Positions 49,151 to 64,000 of a stretch of DNA of 64,000 nt are shown here, one piece after another; position 1 is the stretch's first letter, and every line of letters starts with the position of its first letter. The position numbers were made by a program, and so were the translations under genes. Under the pieces are notes generated by a model. The model saw only the letters and a list, made by a program, of their open reading frames with translations. It was not told the DNA's origin and did not search any database. The stretch comes from Callorhinchus milii (Eukaryota): assembly GCF_018977255.1 (NCBI RefSeq), contig NW_024704744.1, forward strand, positions 63,116,001-63,180,000, in the 5' to 3' direction.

Positions 49151-49904
49151 ATAAATTTTAAAAACCTCAAAGAATCTTTTCGAGGTAAGATGACAAAAAA
49201 ACTGAAAGCAAAACAAATATAATTTGGAGAACGCATTCATAAGCAGAACAGGGTTCTAAAAGGGTTAATCAGTGAAATCCTTTGTGTACTAAACGAATTA
49301 TAAAGTGCACACATGGTTTCTATCACATGACACATGGTTTCTATCACACCATGTAATGGAAACCATGTGTGGATTGTATAATTCATTCAATATACAAAGG
49401 TTTTCACACAAAGTAATTTTCTGCAAATGGCTATGGCTGATTATAATTAAGCATGACGGGGACATTTAAAGACAAGGAGCATTTATATCGGGACGCTATC
49501 TGTAGCAAACCTGTTTACCAATTTATTTTTATTTGAGAAGGCAAGCAGAGTCAGAACGGCCAAGAATTGTTAATTTTGTCTGAATGATTTCACGTGCAAG
49601 TGAGCGGATGATTTGTTTGACCACAATCAATGTCTTTATTCTTAAGTGTTTACTTATGCGGTGATTGCTATTCCATGAAGATGGTGTCCCTTTAATTTGT
49701 GGAATTTAGAGAATAAAATACAGTAGAAAGGGACTTAAGACACTCTGATTCTCATCAGTAGTCAACTTTTTGTTTTATTCTTTAGAACATTGCAAATTTC
49801 ACAAAACATTCACTGCTGTTAGAAGTTGGACTGTGTCAGACCCCAAAATGTCATTTTGATGCAACAAACTATCACAACTCTGGACATGATAGAACAACAA
49901 TTTA

Positions 49905-50420
49905 TATATACAATATACATTTATATAGCACCTTTCATGTCAGAAGGATGTCTCAAACCAGTTCACATCACTGTCGTGGAGCCTGAACTGAACTGGGGGA
50001 GAGGGAACTGAGTGGGGAGGGAAAAGATTGGCAAAAGAGCAGAAGAAGAGGAGATGGGTCTTAAGGTAAGTTTTGATGGCAGGCAGGGAGTCAGGGGATA
50101 AATTAGTAGTATTCCAGGTTGCCAAATAGCTTAAGTTTGTCCACCTGATGGTTTCAGAGGTAAGGTGTGGCGAGGGCCAAGGAGGCATTTGAAAGTGAGG
50201 CTGAGGATCTTAATTTTCAATCCGTTGGGGGATGGGGAGGTGAGCAGGGATGAGGGTGAAGGGATCACAGAGCCTGGTATAGAAGAGGACTATGTGGGGG
50301 GATGGAGAAGTTATTGGAGAAGATTGTGCAGAAACTGAGATATGTAAGAGCAAAATTAGGAAAGGACGGAGCCATGGAGGTTGAGCAGGGAAGAGCGACG
50401 GTGGAGAAGGGTAGGCAAAC
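49905..50420 (-). mobile_element. L2 LINE 3' fragment, degraded
   Basis: IPQRIEN and KTYLKTHL remnants plus L2 tail at 49915-49965. Confidence 0.65.
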
Positions 50421-52761
50421 AAACTACAAACCTCTTGAGATAAAGTAAAATGAAGGAAGAATAAAAACAACAAGTCTTGGGTGTGATGTTTCCTAATTCT
50501 GGTGGAATAATTGAACTCTCTGACTCTCCAGCCAGCATCTAAAATCTCCCATTCAATCTCTTGTTTCTAAACTAGAACATATAATCCTCCCTAAGGAAGC
50601 AATTGGCACACTGATGGAATGTCTGGATTGTGCTCTCAGGAGCATTATTCTACAGAGAAAGTTTGGGTCTGAATCTCAAAAATAGCAAGCAGCAAAGCTT
50701 TTGATTCTAGCTTCATCCTCCTTTTCCTGTGCTCTCTGCCACCAGTGATCGATTGGAGGGCAACTACTGCAGCAGCTTCATACACCAATGCAATGATCAG
50801 CAGCTCAATGTCTTCTCCAAACATCTGTCTTCTTCCTGGCCCTTCCTGACCATTTCCAAGTCAAACAATACTCCAGTTCAGGCCTACGGTATCCGGCCCC
50901 AGAATTTCACAAGTGACTTCAGATTCTCTACAGACTCTACAAGCTGTTCAGTAAAGGTCCTTATCTCCCCTCCAAACCCCTGGCCATCCATGCTCTGAAG
51001 GCAGATGTCCCTTGAATAGCTGATAAGGAAATTTTGAGGTTTGAAATGGCAGCTGCTGGAAGGCTTGATACGGAGTCTGAGTTTATGAACACCACATGCT
51101 GATATGTCCAGAGCTTGTTATCTACTTGTTAGAGCTTGTGTACAGATAGATAAGTAGCTACTGCTCGAATTCCACATCTCCAACTGGTGAAATTATTGTT
51201 CTATGGGTTAGGAAATGGGTCACCGGCAAATGTCATAAAACCCAAATTCACCATCTTCTGAGTACACATTTCAGCTGCCACTCTGTGACCAGAGTCTTTT
51301 TCTCTTTTCCGTCTCTCTTCCATCCCCTGCTCTATTTCCACTCTTCTCTTTTGTTCTGTGCCTTTTGATGGCCTCTCTAGCTTCTCCACCCCTCCTCACT
51401 ACCCCCCTCTTCCCTCACCATCCTCACTGTCTTCAATCTGTCTTCAACAGGCCCTGAACCTTCCTCTGCTCCAGCCTGGAAATCCTCTGCTGCGCACACC
51501 GTGGCTCATGTCACCAGTTGACCCAAAGCAGCCAGCCTAGGTGACAATATCCAGGCTCCCCTGTCCCAATACCCAGGCTCCCCTGTCTCCAACATATCAA
51601 GATCCTCACCCTCATGTTTAAATCCCTTCACACCCTACCACCTCCCTATCGCTGAGATCTATTCCTACCCTACTCTTCTGCTCCCCCCACCTCCACTTGA
51701 CAAACCCGGGTCCTCTTTGATGCTTCCTTTCCCCCTCTGTTCCATCTTTGGGAGCTGAGCCTTCACACCCTCTAGAACCTGTTCTATCTACCTCCTGTCC
51801 CACTGTCTGCTACCTTCTCTATCTGCCTTTAAATCCTGCCTTAAACCTAGTTCTTCAACCATGTGTATAATCACCTTCCCCTCTTTCTTTGTTTTTCATC
51901 TAACACTATCTCTGTGAAGTGATCCAAAACACTATGCTGTAGGAAAGACACTTTACAAATGCAAGTTGTTGCATGAAAGATTTTCGTCTCCCCACCCCCA
52001 CACGTTTAGTTAATTTCCTTGGACAGTTTGTACTATGTAAACTTTAGTATCAGTTAGCCCAGGGCATAGTACACTAACATACAGTACAGTGTTAGAGCAG
52101 GCAATGTAGTTGCTGCTCATCCATGGATCCCAGGGCCATATGTGCTTCACCTCTAAATCTGAGTGAAGTACTCAAGTCATTTCCAGAGGGTGAATCAGAG
52201 GATAGATAGGATGGGTGTGCGTCTGAAGCAACCAAACCAAAATCACGCATAAGTGGCAGTGGAGAAGTCTGATTGTACCCCTAACATCCAGCTTGTCTGA
52301 TTCTAAAACGTCCCAGAATTTGAAACTTTCTTAAATCGTTTTCAAAGATATTGTATTTTTTCCACATTGCATATATGAATATCTATGTAGACTATTCCTG
52401 TATGCTGCTGTTTAACTTAGCAAAAATAGGAACATATTGCTGGTCTGACTAGACTCCTTGCTAATACAGAGGCACTCCAGCTTTAAGTGGCTAAGGTTTA
52501 TTATTCCCCTCTCAGTTTACAAGCGTTTAAAAACATGTTCCGAAGACAGACAGACGGGCATCAATTATAGTGACCTCAAAGATCTGTGGCGAGGGCCTCC
52601 CATTTGTTTGTTAAAAGACATCTCAGGTCTGGAAATGATAAAAGGGGTTTGAGTGCCCTCTGGATTCTCCTTCACTGATTCCACATCAATGAATGACGAA
52701 AGCATAGGAAAGGGGAAGAGAGAGAGAGAGCAGAGAGACTGTTTATTACAAGGAGCAGGAG

Positions 52762-62487
<9,726 letters not shown>

Positions 62488-62926
62488 TAATATAAGATAA
62501 CACATTGCAATTCTTGGTCTTTGTGGTTTTGTCCGTTGATGTTCTTTTATACCTCTGCTTCACTTTGTCATAGGAGAAGGTGGGGGGTGGGGAGAAAGTG
62601 ATGTCTTCCTGGAGTTAACAGTTTGGCTCCAATGAAATACACGAGTAGATCAATCTGCAAATATAGGTATCCATAGCTGCATAGGCGCCATTGACATTTA
62701 CCAGTGCTTCATAAGTGTTCACTATAGTATTGCCAAACCAATTGCCCACTAAGTATAACCAAATGTTTTGATTTCCGAGATAGAGCATTTCCACACATTT
62801 TACTGTTTGAATTCTTCTTGTTCCTGTTTTTTTGTTCCTGTTTTCGTACCTTCTTCTTTTTGAAGGTCAGCAAGTAGGAAATAAAGGATGAGATTAGTGT
62901 AGAGGTCACTTGAGTGCATGCTTAAA

Positions 62927-63692
62927 ACCATCCACGGATCCACACTCCACCTTACTAAACGGGTCCGGAACCTTGGTGTCTTGTTTGACCCTCAACTATC
63001 CTTTCTACCCCACATCCGTGCCATGACCCGCTCTGCCTTCCCCCACCTCAGCAACATTGCCCGGCTCCGCCACTGTCTCACACCGCAGGCCGCCAAAACC
63101 CTCATACACGCTTTCATTACATCGAGGCTTGACTATGAAAACCCCCTGCTTGTCGATCTCCCCAACGCCTCCCTCCATAGGCTGCAGATCATCCAGAGTG
63201 CTACAGCCCATGACCCCTCTTGCACTAGGCTCCGTGACCCTATCACCCCCATCCTCACCCAACTCCACTGGCTTCCCATCACACAGAGGATACAGTTCAA
63301 GATCCTGGACCTCATCTTCAAAGTTCTCCATGGTCTTGCTCCCACCTACCTCTGTGACCTCCTAACCCCCTACCAACCTGCCCACTCCCTCCGGCCAGCG
63401 GACTCTGGCCTGCTTCACGTGCACTACATTGCCCACCTCACCATTGGCGGGTGGGCCTTCAGTTACTCTGCCCCCACCCTCTGGAACTCCATCCCACAGT
63501 CCCTCCGCCTCGCCCCCTCCTCCCTTGCCTCTTTCAAAACCCATCTCAAGACCCTCCTCTTCGACCATGCTTTCGATCACCCTGCTTCCCTCCCCACCAC
63601 CCTCCCCAATCCCGACCCCTAGCTCGGGTTCAAAACTCTGAATGTCCAGCAACTTGGGGCTTCCTTGCGACATGAAAGGTGCTATACAGATG
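62927..63692 (+). mobile_element. L2 LINE 5'-truncated copy, relatively intact ORF2 C-terminus and tail, in QPCT intron 6
   Basis: VRNLGVLFDPQLSF...SRLDY...LHWLPITQRIQFK...PTLWNSIP...FKTHLKTLLF; tail GACATGAAAGGTGCTATA. Confidence 0.93.
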
Positions 63693-64000
63693 TGATGATT
63701 GAAATTGATTGAAATTAATATTTCAATTGGACCTCATGCAAGATAGGTTTTAATGAGGTTCACTTGTTCCTATGTCTGACCCACAGTTGGCTTTCCATAT
63801 CTACAACATTGGTTCTGAAGGTTTGGTGTGATAACTGACAAAGAAATGTTGGAAACAACAGCATCTTGCATTAATATAGCGCCCTTCACATGGAGAAGCA
63901 TTTCAAAGGGCTGAGATCGTATTACACTTTTTGATTTTTTTTAAAAAAAAGGAATATGAACAAAGGGCGAATGGTCCAAAATTAAGTGTGTAGACCTTTC

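Noticed and set aside
62918-63622. 234-aa ORF as a host gene or active LINE
   Set aside because: 5'-truncated L2 ORF2 C-terminus lacking the RT core

Overview
Vertebrate genomic DNA. The repeat landscape (tRNA-Ala-headed SINEs with an L2 tail, Deu-domain SINEs, L2 and CR1 fragments) suggests a cartilaginous fish, probably a chimaera; this is inference. Three spliced genes can be assembled by hand. (1) The 5' end of PRKD3 on the minus strand: first coding exon 4606-4983, with a probable non-coding exon and CpG promoter at about 9.05-9.65 kb. (2) A complete 13-exon MOCS3/UBA4 gene on the minus strand, 45708 to 20965, 1416 nt CDS, 471 aa. (3) Exons 1-6 of QPCT on the plus strand, 52762-62479, continuing past the window. 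The main points of interest concern MOCS3. It is intronless and lies elsewhere in mammals, but here it is intron-rich and sits between PRKD3 and QPCT. Three of its 12 introns carry minor-spliceosome (U12) signals, one of them an 82-nt intron that keeps frame only with non-canonical GT-AT ends. Also present are two large minisatellites abutting the CpG promoters, several hairpin or fold-back elements, a TA-flanked MITE, unclassified dispersed repeats and a 355-N gap. Most of the ORF track is spurious (repeats, antisense, gap).
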